Shown here in pieces: positions 24,654 to 39,600 of a stretch of DNA of 64,000 nt. The notes under the pieces are model-generated. The model had not been told where the DNA came from and made no database searches. It saw nothing but the letters and a program-made list of their open reading frames with translations. Made by a program: the position numbers and the translations under genes. Position 1 is the stretch's first letter. Each line of letters starts with the position of its first letter. The DNA comes from Girardia tigrina (taxonomy: Eukaryota), in NCBI GenBank assembly GCA_001938485.1, contig MQRK01220918.1, positions 1 to 64,000 on the forward strand. The letters are read 5' to 3'.

Positions 24654-27600
24654 GGTGGCCCATTATCCCTGAGCTTTTTGGAATAGTCTTTTTTATTGAG
24701 GAGGAGATAAAATTAACAATATATACATTTTAATAATTTTTATTAGTTGTAGTTTAAAAAAACTGGAGCACCCTCAGAAGCAAGCGTTAAACGAATTATC
24801 TTAAAGTTTTTGGAAACCGCAAATGCAAGGGCAAATGGTAGCAAAGGAAAGGAACGAGGGAAAACAGTTAGAACAAGTGAAAATATCGAAAAAGTTCGAG
24901 AACACTTCCTCCAGGAGCCATCAACATTAACAAGAAGAGCATCTCAAGAGCTCAGCATACCTCGTACCACCTTACAAAGAATTTTAAAAGAAGATTTAAG
25001 GATGAAACCGTATAAAATTCAGATCTGTCAACCACTCAAGGAGCAAGATTGTGTTCGACGATTAGAGTTTGCAAATGGCCCATTAGGGATGAGCTTTTTG
25101 AAAAATTTACAATAAGAGAACTACATTTTCTAAAAAGTTGATTTAAACTTTATTAAAAAGAGCGAATTTTGCTGTTTAAGATATGAGTTTTTTCGAAATT
25201 CCCTCCATCAGACAAAACCACGTCTCGTAGTCGATTCTCAAACCCTGCACAAACTGCCTCAAAAGTAGAAATCGGAATTTCTTTGAGGCATTTCGATATT
25301 GCTTCTTTCAGGTCCGAAAGGGTTCTTAGAGCATTTCTAAATACGTTATCCTTTAAGAAACCCCATAGGAAAAAGTCACAGGGGTTGAGATCCGGTGAAT
25401 AGGGAGGCCATTCTATTCCAACATCTCCTAATCTTTTCGCATCGATGGCAATAATACTTGTTCCAAAATGCTCCGATATAAAATCGAATACGTCATGTGT
25501 CCTATGTGGTCTCGCACCATCCTGCTGAAACCAAAACTTGTCAACTTTGCATAGCCCTATCGCAGTAGGAATGAAAAAAGTTTCCAAAACTTTTTTGCAT
25601 TAACTGTTTTATCGAAATAGTAGGGACCAATAATTCCACTTGCGCTTATTGCGCACCAAACAGTAACCCTGGCTGAATGCAGAGGCTTCGCAATGGAGAG
25701 ATGAGGGTTCTATGTGCCCAAGTGTCGCCAATTTTATTTATTCACACAACCGTCCAAATGGAAATGTGCTTCGTCTGTAAACCATATATCCTGGTTTGTA
25801 AATAAACCGTTATCGGTGTAGCCGAGAAGTTCATTTGCAAACTCTAATCGTCGAACACAATCTTGCTCCTTGAGTGGTTGACAGATCTGAATTTTATGTG
25901 TGTCCATGGTACCACCTCATATGGATAAGGAAACAAACTTCTTTTTACCAAGCATATTATTTGATATTGATCTCCGAAAAGGATCCACAAAGGACGCCAA
26001 TTCATAAGATACATATCGAGTTCTTATGATAATGTTCCCTATATATACATACCAGATTTTATATTTTTGTTAATGAATTTATAATTCGTAATTAACAAAT
26101 AATTATTAATAAATAACTTTATACTTGTGAATAACTCTGTAAAATAAATATTTTTATAACAATTATTTATAATCAAGAATATTGTTAATTGTAGATTTTA
26201 ACAAGAAAACTTATGTGACATACTTTTAAAAATTATTTTCTGAGTCGAATTGAAATTTTATAATGTTAAAATTTATTATTTAAAATTAAAAAATATTATT
26301 TTTGTGGTATTTGGTATTATGTTTAAGAAATCTGTTGTAATATATTTTATCTTTATAAAAATTGCAATGGAATTGGTTAATGTTTGAAGAGTGTACTTTT
26401 TTTCAAAGAACGAACAAGCTGAAAAATTCAACTAAAAAGAGATATGTTGTGTATTTTGATGAATTAATTTCTATAATAATAACTGAACATCTTACAGGCA
26501 TTCTCTTTTGTCGATTAAGGTTTCGAATCACAGATCTTGCAATATGAAGAGCATCATGATCATTTAATGCATAATGATCTGTTACTCCTGATCGACTAAA
26601 TAAATAAATATAATTAAATATGTATTTTAATACATTAAAGTATTATCAAATACAGCTTTGAATTTTAATTTTAGAGCGATCAGTAAAAACCTAGACTAGA
26701 CTAGAATGCAACAAAAACGAACATTAACTACATGTTTAATACATGCAGTTGTGGACTGTTAAAAACTACCATGTAATCCCCTCTCTCATCCTAACTTTCA
26801 AAAATCTCGTCTAGTAAATATCTCATTATGAGTTGAAGCAGTAAACACCATTTAGTGTGAGATTGAGTCCGTAGGGAAAATGAAAGAGAAAAAACTTACT
26901 TTCTTCGATTACTGTCGTTATTTGACCTGCAATATGCATAAAGAACATCCTCCTATTTTTAAGTGATTACATCCTTTTAGGTAAAATTCGTAGTGTGTCA
27001 GAAAATCAATAACTTTCCATATGGTGTACAAGACTACATCTTCCTAGGAATTTCTAATAGATGGTTTTTTGATTCTAGGATGAAGAGATAAAGGGGCTTT
27101 TAATTCACACTAATAATATTCACTAAAATAAAATTTTCTTCATTTTCTTCGAAAACTTCCATATTCGTCAGATAAAATAAAAGTAATTTTCATGTATTTC
27201 GGATGAAAGAAATTTTGGTACAAATTTGGAGGCTATTTTATGAATATCAACTTGATGTAGAAGGATATGGAGTGTATATTATACACTTCTAAAACTCATA
27301 AGCAATAATTCCAAATTTTAAATATCAATATTTTTGTAATTCTTTAATATTTGATTATTTAATTTTCTTTTAAATTATTTAATTTCTAACATCATTATTT
27401 ATTATATTTACATATATACAAAAGAAGCAAGCTAAGGTAAATAAATCAGTGATATGGTCATTCGATAAATGGTAAAAATATTAAAATTTTAATTAAAGAA
27501 TTACTAAGTAACATAAAATAGGAAGTATGTAAATTGAAATAAATCAAACACTCCTATCGGCTTGCGTTCATATTTAGTTTACCAGTTTGAATATAATAGA

Positions 27601-30600
27601 TGTGACGCCACATACATCCGAGATAAATGTCGTCAACTCTGTAAACGAATGCAGGAACATAATCGAAAAGAAAGTGAGAATTATATTGCTCAACATAGAA
27701 AAAAATGTTTAATTAGTATAGTACGTGGTGCGCTCAATAAGTCGTGAGACTAATAGAGAAATAATAATATTAAAAATGTTGATACAGACATATTTAAACT
27801 ATATATAAGAAAATGTATTTTGTTTTAATAAACCATTATTGTTTAAGTCAATTTTGGCGAATATTCGGAACATGCAACTAGAAACTAGTCAATACCGTAG
27901 CGTTATTCGCTTTCTCTATCTGAAAAGACAAAATAGAGAAGTTCTTTCTGATCTGAAAGCAATTTACCAACAAGAGTGTCCATGCACAGCAACAATTTAT
28001 CGTTTGTTCAATTACTTTCATAGTGGTAGAACCTCCGTGGTGAACGAAGAAAGATCTGGAGGACCCTCGGAAATTGATTAAAAAATAACGTAAAAGCTGC
28101 ATATAATCATGCAAAACAAGAGAGATCACAACCCGTTTAAATACCGAAAAAGGCACTCTATTCACTGTCTTCACTGAAAGTGGTTTTCGAAAACTATGTT
28201 CTCGTTTCGTGCCACGCTTCTTAACGGTGGAAATGCGACAAAGATTTTTAGAATGCTACTTAGAGAATTTGCATATCATGATCATTGTTTTAGAGCGTTT
28301 CATTTATAATATCATCACTGTGGACGAGACACCATTGTCTCTATATTTCCCCTAATCTAAAAGAGAGTCGCAAGAATGAAAACTGTCAAGAGAAAGCTCA
28401 CTGAAAATGCGATCGTCAACTTGCCACCAAAAGGCTCTCGTGCTGACGGCGTTTTGGGACGCCAATGGCATTATTATGACTGAATTTACTGAATCCAGCG
28501 TAAAGATCAATAGTTCTTACTACTCCAACTTTGTGCAGCAAGCAAGGAAGGCACGACGCGAGAGCAGTGTGTGATCTCTATTTTACACGAAAATGCTAGC
28601 ATCCACCCCAGCAGCGTTTCTATGGCCACAATTAAGAGTTGCGGGCATAATTTGCTTGCCCATCGACCGTACAGCCCGATTTGGCTCCCTTCGATTTTTT
28701 TCCTGTTTAACCTCTTAAAAAGCATTTGTGGGACCAGATATTTACAAACAAACATGATTCTACAGCCGCTGTGGAGAGTTTTCTGTGAGAAAAGCCTCCA
28801 GATTTCTTCAGAAACGTCTGCAAAAAACCTCGTTATTTGCTGTAAAAATTATGTCAGTACACAAGGAAATTATTTTGAGAATTGATGTCCATTTGACCCA
28901 GAGTGTGCAGAGGAAAGTACAGGAATTGGGAATGAAGGTGATTATGAAGTTGATGTTACTCTTCGTAATTCAGTTAGAAGTTTGTCTGCATTAGCTCTAG
29001 TTCCTCGAGAGGACGTTGAAGAAGTGTTTTTAGAATTGGCTGATTCTATGCCATCGCATGAAAAAATGACAGAATTGTTATCTTATTTAGAGCATACATA
29101 TATAAGAGGAAGAAGAACCGGCCTAGTTGAGACCTATGGACAATCTTTTTTTCAATAGAATCATGGAATCATTTTGAAACCGTTTCTGAAAGATTAGCCA
29201 GAACAACTAATAGTATTGAAGGATGGCGTTATGGTTTGCAAGCTTTGTTTTAATGCCACCATCCAACAATTAGGAAATTTTTACAAGGTTTAGAGAAAGA
29301 CTTGCAAATGCAAAAAACAAGTTATTATCACGCGATCTCTGGTCACCAACCGACCTTACCTAAAAGATATCGAAATTTAAAGAAAAAAAGTTATTGAAAC
29401 AGTTAACCGATATTCTTTAAGTGAAAGACTGCATTACTTGCGCGCAATTGCATATTTGTCAAGTCTTTAGTTGTTATTTAATATATTATTGTTGGTTATT
29501 TTTGTTTTTATTATTTAATAGATAAAATCTCAAATTTTATTTTTTTAATGTTTATTTTTAAATGTTACTGAAATGTAGAACATGAAAAGGTTTCGGAAAT
29601 TTTATTTATGTATAATATGAGTAATTTTAGTATTTGTTGATGTTTTTCTACGAGATTAAATGCTTTGGAATTAATATGGTATAATTTTCGCGGTTTAACA
29701 GGGATTAACTGTCGCGGTATTAAATTTCGTGGTATTAACTGTCGCAGATATTAAGTGTCGGTGATAGTGTTCGCGGTATTAAGTGTCCGTACACCAAATT
29801 ATTAATGATTGAAAAGAGTTCAAGTTAATTTTTGTCTTATGTTTATAAATATTTATTTAAGCGGAAAAGCAGAAAGAATCAACGATAAAAGATGAGTAAA
29901 TTTTCATTCATAATCATAAACAATAAAGCAATAAAGTTTCTGATAAAATTGACTTGTCCTTGAGCAGGAGGATATTTGAAATATGAGAATAATAATCATA
30001 ACGAATATACATATAATCTTTAATCTAAGATGAACTTGAAAAATATTCGAGGGAAAATCTACCAAAATGCTCCAGATTTGAAGCAGGATTTGGAACTTTT
30101 CGTGAAAGACCATAACCCAATTTTCTTCAAATTTTTTTGGAACTCTAGTGTGTTGACCAAAACGAGTCTGATATTGAAAAAATAAAACCTACAAAATCTT
30201 GTTGTTCTTTTGTTAAAATATGGCGTTCGTGATAGTTTGCTTTAGAATCTAGACGGAAATAGTTATTAAACTAACCACGTATTTCAGAAAAAAACATTAT
30301 TTTTCAAAAATAGTGTCAAACCTTTGTTATTGCGTATAAATAATCAATATATTGTCATATTACATTTGATAATAACAAAAAAATATTAGTTAAAAATAAT
30401 ATTAATTACAAATAAAAAACAAAAATATTCAACATAGACATTCTTTTGTAAAAATTGAAATTCCTTAAAACAATAAATCTAACCGACAATGTAGATCGGC
30501 TCCTCCAAGATCTTCAGCTGAAATACTTTCTCCAGTCGCTGCTTTAACCAATGGCGGGCCAGCTAGAAATATTGTACCTTGATTTTTTACAATGATCGAC

Positions 30601-33600
30601 TGATCCGCCATAGCTGGTACATAGGCACCACCAGCTGTACATGATCCGAGAACTACAGCTATCTGAAGAAATGTAATGGAGTGAATTATTGAAAAGATAA
30701 TTCAAGTTATGTTTGAAAAACTTGAGGTATTCTTTCTGAGGAAAGATTTGCTTGATTGTAAAATATTCTGCCGAAATGATCTCTATCGGGAAACACATTT
30801 GATTGTCTAGGTAAATTTGCACCTCCAGAATCAACTAGAACTCACCAATCAATTTATTTGTTTTCAAATATTTAAAGAATTAACCAAGATAAATACAAGG
30901 AAGATTATTTTCCTTGGCAACTTCTTGAGCTCTTAAATGTTTCTTTACAGTTATAGGATAATAAGAACCTCCTTTAACAGTAGGATCATTAGCAATAAGC
31001 ATACATTCGGTTCTGGAAAACAAAACTGCTTTTATTTTAAATTGCAATATATTGTTTAAAACAAAATTTAATATCCTTTCTTGGCATCGTTTCTTTCTGA
31101 TAAGCTTCTTACAATCAGAGCGTTATCATGTTAATTTACCGGCAATTGACAATCCCGTGTTTTTTATAACAGATAACTTCAATTTTAAACATTTTAATCC
31201 TGATAGTTTTTTAAATTTTATTGTAAATTTAATAACATCGAGTCAAATCACGTCAAATAATATCAAATAACATCAAATTATTAATTATTGTAAAACCAAA
31301 TTAACAAAATAACTTTACAGTACAATAGACTATTACTACCCTCATATCACCTTTCAAGTAAACCAAATATGAAAGAGTGTATTATAGACATTATTTCTTA
31401 GTACAGGGTCTTCCTTTTAACATTTATTCCAAATACATTTAATTTTGAACTTTTCCCACCGTTAGATGTTGTTTGCAAATCTTCCGAATTAATAGATTTA
31501 AAATCAGATATTTTTCCAAAGTTTAATTCCTCACACGTTTTTGAAAACTCAGTTTAAATAAAATTATTTCTTTTTATTATGCGGAACTTTCTTTTTCTAA
31601 AATATAAGCGGGAATAGATTAAAATTATTAATACTATAAATACGCATATTTATTTTAAAATTTTAATTTCCTAAAACTTTTCTTTTTTTTGAAATACTTT
31701 CACCCTTACATTTTTCATCAATTTTTTAAAGTCTTATCCTTTTTTATTATTCTTAATTTCTATTATTTCTTTCAAACTTATTTCTTTTGTTAATTTTACA
31801 CTTTCTGTGATTTTAAATTTAGATTTTCTAAAATTTCTATTTTTACTTTGCCTCTTTAAGTTCTGATTTCCTAACAGTCATAAAAATTTTGTTAAAGCTC
31901 TTTCTTCCAGTTCTATGTAATACCTTTCTAAACAACCTATCTCAGAATAGAGATCTCAATTAACACCTGATATAATTCGAGGTTAACTATACAAGATAAT
32001 AGAACTACATATATCATCAACTAATTTTTAGAAAACATGACACTCAGACAAATATCTGTTTGACAATAATAAAGAAGCATAAAATATTAACACCAAAAGC
32101 AATCCATACATCAAAGACCTTCAAAAAAAATAAATAATTACAAAATTGTTTCTTTAACTATTTTCCTTTACGAATTTCTTCATAAACTTTTATTTTTTTT
32201 AATAATTATTATCTGCTGCTATCTTTTGTCATTTACTTGTCGTATTGTTTTCATTAAAATATATGAAGTTGATAAATAATAAATCAGTGTTTTTAAACAT
32301 TTTTTGCTGATCTTTTAATTTGACGGCCACCCCAATTTCCGTATTGTTATTATAATTTTTTCATTGGATTAGAAACGAATAAACAAATATCTATACACAA
32401 ATGTTTTCAAATTTTCCCGTCGCCAAAAATTTCGATGAGATAAAGCAATGATTCCAAATCTGGGTGCCGCGGCACTTTTGGGTGCCACCAGCGTCTGAAA
32501 AGGTGCTGCGAGCTCATGAGATGTACGAAATTATAAAATAATAAAATATGTATTATACATACATATATAATATCTAAAAATATAAAATAAATGAAAAAAT
32601 GAAATTGAACAAAAAATTTTAAAAAGTATAGAATAAATATTTAAATTACTTTTACTTTCAATTCATTGCTAAATAATAACACTCAGTAAATCCCTGATAT
32701 GAGCATATCGTAAGAATGTTTAGTGCTTTGGAATGGTAGGAGTAGAGTGTGTATCACGATAGCGATTGTTAGTTATGCTTATATCGACATCCGCAATAAA
32801 TGTTTTTTAAACAATAATATAAATAATTATTGATGAAATTTCAAACAAATCTTCATCTATCATTTTCATTTCGCTGATATCAGAAATTTTACAATTTCAA
32901 TCAACTTCTATAACTAGGGGAACCGGGTTGCAAAAAGTTGCAATTTCTGCAAGGTTGTGCAACTTTCCGGTTTCCCTATTTATAACTAATAAATTTCAAT
33001 ACAATTATTTATGTAATTACTTTTAAAAAAATTATAAACTCAAAACGATTTTTTTATGTTAATACTTAAAAAAATATATCTCAATTAGATTTTAAAACGA
33101 ATTTTATACGTAAATAATTTTTTAAAAATTACAAAAGTAAGTAAAATTTTTTAAAAGTAATTAAAATGGTTACTTATATTAAAAGCAGGCCACTTAAATC
33201 GAGGATTTTTAAACAACTATGTGAAGAAATGGGAAGTCAACATAAAAGCTTAATTTTTCATACGGAAATGATGACTTTCTAAAAGTCGCGTTTTGAATCG
33301 CTTCTTCGAATTAAGGAAAGAAATTGAAAATTTTTTCACCAAGAAAACAGAAAAGAGTTCTGTGAATTATTACAAAATCAATTATGGTGTTTAAAAGTTT
33401 CATATTTGACAGACATATTTGGTCATTTAAATGCACAATATTTACGCATGCAGGTAAACATGAAAATATTTTGACTTTTACAGATAAAATTAAAACCTTT
33501 CAAGCTAAAATCAAATTATGGAATGAAAAAAATAAGAGAAGGCAACATAAATATGATCGTTAAAGTTGTGAAAAGTAAAACTGAAACTTTGCCTTTCCTA

Positions 33601-36600
33601 ATTTGCAATCACTTGACGTCCTTACGCGAAGATTATTCTCACTATTTTCCAGAAATTTTAATTGAATGCTATGATTGGATACCCAATTCTTTTGTGGAAT
33701 TTACTCATGATTTAAATCTTTCAGAAGAAGAGGAATTATTATGTATTCGTTATGATCGTTCACTGCGACTGAAATATTCCGAAATTTCTACTGATTCGTT
33801 TTGGGTAGAAATTCGAAAAAAATATTTAAATATAAAGGAATGAACTTACAAAATTCTATTACAATTTTCTACTTCGTATTTATGTGAAGCAGGATTTTCT
33901 GTTCTCATAAACATCGAACAAAAAAACGAGCAAGACTCAATTCTGTTGAAAATTAATTGAGAGTATGTCTCTCAAATATTCGACCTGACATTGCCACATT
34001 AGTTGCAAATCACCAAGGTCAAGTGTCTCATTAGTAATTTTTATAATAATAAAATAAAATTATCTTGTTAATGTTCATTAGAAATAAATATATGTATGGA
34101 CATCAAATAAGAAAACAAGCACTAGCAAAGGTTATGATTGAGAGAATAGTGGAAGGAGAAAGACCTAGAGGAAGACCAAAGAGGCAATGTATAGACGATT
34201 TAAAAGAATGCAGTGAATTGAGTATGAAATGTTTGAGAAAAGAAGCTACAAATAGAGAGATGTGGTGAAGGCTTGTTTATAATTAGGTGCACCCACGACC
34301 AAACGGCTAAGGTCAAAAAGAAGAAAGAAGATATGTACTTGTATGTGATTCTGATGTATATGTATGTATGCAATAAAAACATTGTTTGTGATTAATATGT
34401 TCGTTTCTAATAAAAACAATCGCCATTTTTTTGGGGGGTGAGTAGGTTGGTGCAGCGAAATTTTAAAATTGCACATTGGGGTCAGGTCACCTGAAAAAGG
34501 TTGGGAAACACAGAGCTAGAGCCTAATATAATTAACTGAAAGGTGATTTTTGACCTGTATTATTATTAAAAAAATAATAAAAATATATTTATGGAACAAA
34601 AAATAAAACTGCTAATTTTCTCAACCAAAAATTGTTTAAAAAAACCGGATAAATACGTACCAACATAACATATTATAATTGTTATACGATTAAAATATCA
34701 ATTTGAATATAATATCATATATTCACACAAACACACACAGTTATTAAATACCTTGCAAAAATAATTGACGAACTGAAATTTACATGAATGCAAATTTTAA
34801 AAATATTTAAGAATAAAATATTAAAATTTTAACCCCTTCATTTCCCCATGGAGTCACCAAATATATATTGACGCCAATTATACCATCTCCACCAAAAGTA
34901 TTAATAAAAATCCTTTTTTTGAGAAAAACACCAATACGACTCTGGATAGTCAATAAATATACAAAATACATTCTCATTGGTTTTGGAATACTTCTGCAAT
35001 TATTGAAGTATTAAACTTTGATTCACTGATGGACATGTATTTTTTGTTTACACTTCAGTATGGGAAAAGCGAAGAATTATAAGAAATTCTTGTAAAGGGT
35101 TTTGTGCTATGTTAAATTGCTGCTAACGTGTATCACCCTCACAACTTCATCAGTCGTCAAAAGTTGCAGACAGTCACTAGATTATATGAAATATATTTGT
35201 TAAAAAGATAATTTGGTAAATGTTCAATATCGGAGCCTCATTCGCTTCTTGTTTTTGTAAAGATAAAGCTACGAAGAGATATTCGGCGATATGAGTTCTA
35301 TTCGGGGTAAAGAAACTCCATCAAAGGCTACTATCAACCGAAGGTTTGAAAATTTTTGAGATAGACGAACATACTTTTTGATTAAGAAAAATTAGACAGG
35401 CTAATTGAAATGGGTAATAAAATATCAGAGGAATTCATACAAATTGTACAAAGTGAACGACGAATTACTCCCAAAGAAATAATTGTGTTGAAATGTTAGT
35501 GTAGTTACCAAAAATTAAATCATATTAATATTTAAAACTATATTTATACATCAAAATCGAATATTACTTATAAAAAAGAAACTAAAATGTAATAAAAACA
35601 ATTTGTTTTACTGGACCATTGTTAGAAAAATATAACACTCAAAATAGAATTTTCCTTGTTTTGATTGTTATTGTGCTGTGAATCAATGAGCCGTACAACA
35701 CGGAGAATTCGCGCAAGATGAGCGCCGCTCAGCGAGTCGTCGAGCACCATCAACCCCGATCGACAGAGGTATTGGTCACCTCAATAAAGACCGAGCCCAC
35801 GGAGGCATGTCACCGTTATATGTCCCATTTTTAAATACCATGCCTGCTTTCCGCCATTATTTACATACGCGGGTACACTTCAGTTAGCAAAAGTACTCTA
35901 CAGTCATTATTTGCTGCTACTGGAATTATAAATTGATTTTCCCGCTTTGTCCTGCGACTTACAACAGAACATAAGTGGTGACGTAAAATTTCCGTAGATT
36001 ACATACTAAATATCAAATAATGAAATCCAGAATGCATGTATTTCTGTCATCTATTTCTGACACATTTCATAGAGTTTATGGGAACAAGCTACTTTTCCAA
36101 GTATCCTCTATCATTCTCAACACATACATTCCACCGTCTGACTAGGTCGGAGAAGGCATTTGTATACTAATCGGCGGGCCTTTTGCTAATAAGGTAATCG
36201 CTTGCATAACTTCATCTCTGTCTGAAAATCATTTACCTTTTAGATGCTTTCTCAGGTGGTGGAACCGGAAGAAATCACTTTGAATAAGATTTTGGGTGTA
36301 CAACAGATAAGAAAGCTCCGCAAATTTACTTCGCTAAGCAGCAGCATGGGAATAGTGGTTCCATGACATCTCAACATATGCTATTTTATCATATGAAATG
36401 TCGGTATGATGACTTGGATCTGATGAAATGTCATATGATGAAATGTCATGTGTTGAGGTGTCTAGACACCCTTAAATATATAGAAAACTCAACTTAAATA
36501 TATATATTTATTCAATCTATCAAAAAAATATTGGACAAACATCTCAAGTATTCTAACATCGTACGGTTATATTATATCTGAACAATTCTCAAAATTCTTT

Positions 36601-39600
36601 CGTCGTTCATTTCACATAAAAAAAAATAATAAATTACTTTGGCGAAGTACAAATTTTAGCTAACTCCTCATATGAACATTGCGGAGATTGTAAAGCATCT
36701 AATTTATCTGTTAAAAGAATAAATTTAATAGTGTTCGATCCACCCTCAGGAGGGAGTTCTAGTCGATGAATTGATCTTGCGTTTGATTTATTAAGTAATA
36801 ATTCCAATCGCTAACAAAACATTAATTTTATTTTTTTTCTCGTTCAATTGAAATTTATTTCAAATTTCTAATCATTTTATGAATTAATGAAAGAATTCAA
36901 TTTAGCAACATTCGTTAGTTTGACAGTGATCAATAATAAGAAACTCAGCACAGATGATATTATTTTGCGTGAAAATTATGATGACTCTGGTTAATTCTCA
37001 TTTAACCATTGAAAATGAAATATGTCGAATTGTATATCACGGGACAAAATTAAATAGTGAAATAGTGAATTTCATTGCGAAAACATGAAAGCAAAACCAA
37101 TCATTTACTTCACCAGATATGCTTGGAATTTCGAAACGAGAATTTACAGATATGGCAAATTTTACTCAATATACAATAATAGCTCTTTGAAGAAGGTATT
37201 CTCTGCGACCTAAAGGAACACCAAAAACTAAATTTTGTGATGAAATGAATCTGAAAGAGGATCTGTTGCGCGAGATTTACGCTATGGATTCGAGAAACCG
37301 AGTGCGATTCAGCAACAAGCGGTGCTACCGCCCATCGTAGAATCCAGCAGTCATGGTGAGAATTTAAATTACTCCCCTCACAACCCAAGGATCCTCCACC
37401 CAAGTATTACGTCACAACCACGCTGCCCCCGCTCTCGCACCAATAAATAGATTTAGAAGTTTTACCTTATAAAAATATTTTATCTGATATTAATTTAGAT
37501 TTAACATTTCGAGGGAAATTTAAAACATTTAAAGTAATGGAGAGTTAATAGTGCGGCATTTAATGTTTTACTTTTCACTTTATTATTTAAAACAGAAAAT
37601 TAAAAAACCACGCCGTTTTTTGTTTTATAATATTCCAAATATATTGTGATTCAATAAACAAAATTTTCTTAATTAATAATAATAATAGAAAATAATTATT
37701 TTTGTCTTTATTGTTGTTATGTATTAAAAAAATATATTCGTATATGTCATTAAGTATTAAACAATATCATATAAATGCAATAATGTATAAATGCAGAAAA
37801 AAATGAAAGTTAAAAAAACTAATTTGTATTTGAAGGAATATATTATGTTTATTATGTGTACAAATTGAATAATTTAGCGTTTGTTTAAACGCTCCAATTG
37901 ATACAGTTTTTATTGATGAAATCGAATTTAAGTTGATGTTTATGTTAATTGTAAATTTTGAAGAATTAGAAATAAAAGTTTGAATTGAATATCGTTTTCG
38001 TTTTTAATTGAAGAGATAATTCTGTGGTGATTTCAAACATTACATTTGGCGACGAGGATAAAATCAATAATCAAAGAATTAATTGCGTATAACAATTGTG
38101 TAAGATTCAATTCTGTTTTTTTCTCGTCTCTCGTGTGACTTCTGTTGTGTGATTAGTGATATAATTGAAATATTGTAATTAAAAAATACTACAGTCAAAG
38201 TTTTATTTTACGAAATTTTAATTAACGAAAACTTCTATATTACGAAAAATATATTTTAAAGGTCCACGAAATTTTGTTTTAATATACAGTTTAATGAATT
38301 TTTTTTTAACGAAAGACTAAAACCCATGACTAGCCGAGTGAATAATCAAAAGCAAACAAGAAGACATGTAAGTATTGATGAAAAAATTAAAATTCTAGGT
38401 TACAAGTTACTGAATCCCGATGTTACACAANTTGGATTGACAAAAAAANTTAATATTTCGCTTGGAACAATCAATTCAATATTAAAAAAAGAGAAAGATC
38501 TACGGAAAATATGTGAAAACAAAAGAAATGCAAAAAATATTACACAAACAAAAGAAATTAACCAAAAATTATTCAATGTATTATTCAAATGGTTTAATCG
38601 TAAAAGATTAATGAATCACATTTTGACAGATGATTTATTGACCGAAAAAGCACTGTCAATCGCCAATGCTTATAATTTTCAATCATTTAAAGCATCAAAT
38701 ACATGGTTGAGAAAATTTAAACAGCACTTTCTAATAATCAATAAAACCGTTTGTGGAGAAGCAGGATTGGTCAAAGTGGATGACTTAAAGAACAGTTGGA
38801 GTGATTTTGAACATATGAAAGCAGAATTTGAATCAAGGAACATATACAATTGTGACGAGACATCTTTGTTTTTCAAATGCCCGTCCAAAAAACACTTGTT
38901 TTATCAAAAGACAACAGGGCATGCGGTAAATTTGCCAAAGACCGCATAACTTTGCTTTTTTGTGCAAATTTATCTGGTCAAAAAGAAATACCATTACTAA
39001 TTGGAAAGGCACAGAGACCACACGGGTTTAAACACTTGAATTTGAATGACCTTGGGTTGGATTATAAAAACAGCAAAAAGGCTTGGATGACAAGAACTAT
39101 TTTCTTTAACTGGATGAATCAATTTAATGACAGAATGCAAAAAGAAAATAGGAAAATTTTATTAATACTGGACAATGCACCAGTTCATAATATCAACAGT
39201 ACTTTCTCTAATGTTCAACTATACTTTTTGCCACCAACAACCACCTCACAGATTCAGCCGTTAGATCAAGGTATAATTCGCTCTTTGAAGGTCAACTATC
39301 GTAAGTTTTTCATGCGAAATTTAACATTGAATGATGAAAAAGATGGTACATGCTATGCAAATTTGCTTAAAAACACAAAACTTGAATTATCGTTTATTAT
39401 TGAAGCATGGAATTGTATGAGTGCCGAAACAATCACAAACTGTTTTAATAAAGCATTTAACGATTGGTCAAAAAATACAGTTGATATAATATTGAAGATA
39501 CTCAAGAAAATAAACTTGATGTTGACTTTCCAACTTGCAATGAATACATCGAACATGATGATTTAAACAGTGAAGAAATTTGCATAGTTGAAATACAACC

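Noticed and set aside
35110-35160. Minus-strand hammerhead-like motif
   Set aside because: GAAA reads GATA, and stems I and II do not pair convincingly.
36420-36450. CTGATGA...GAAA hammerhead-like match
   Set aside because: Part of a 15-bp MULE-type subterminal tandem repeat; no stem I.
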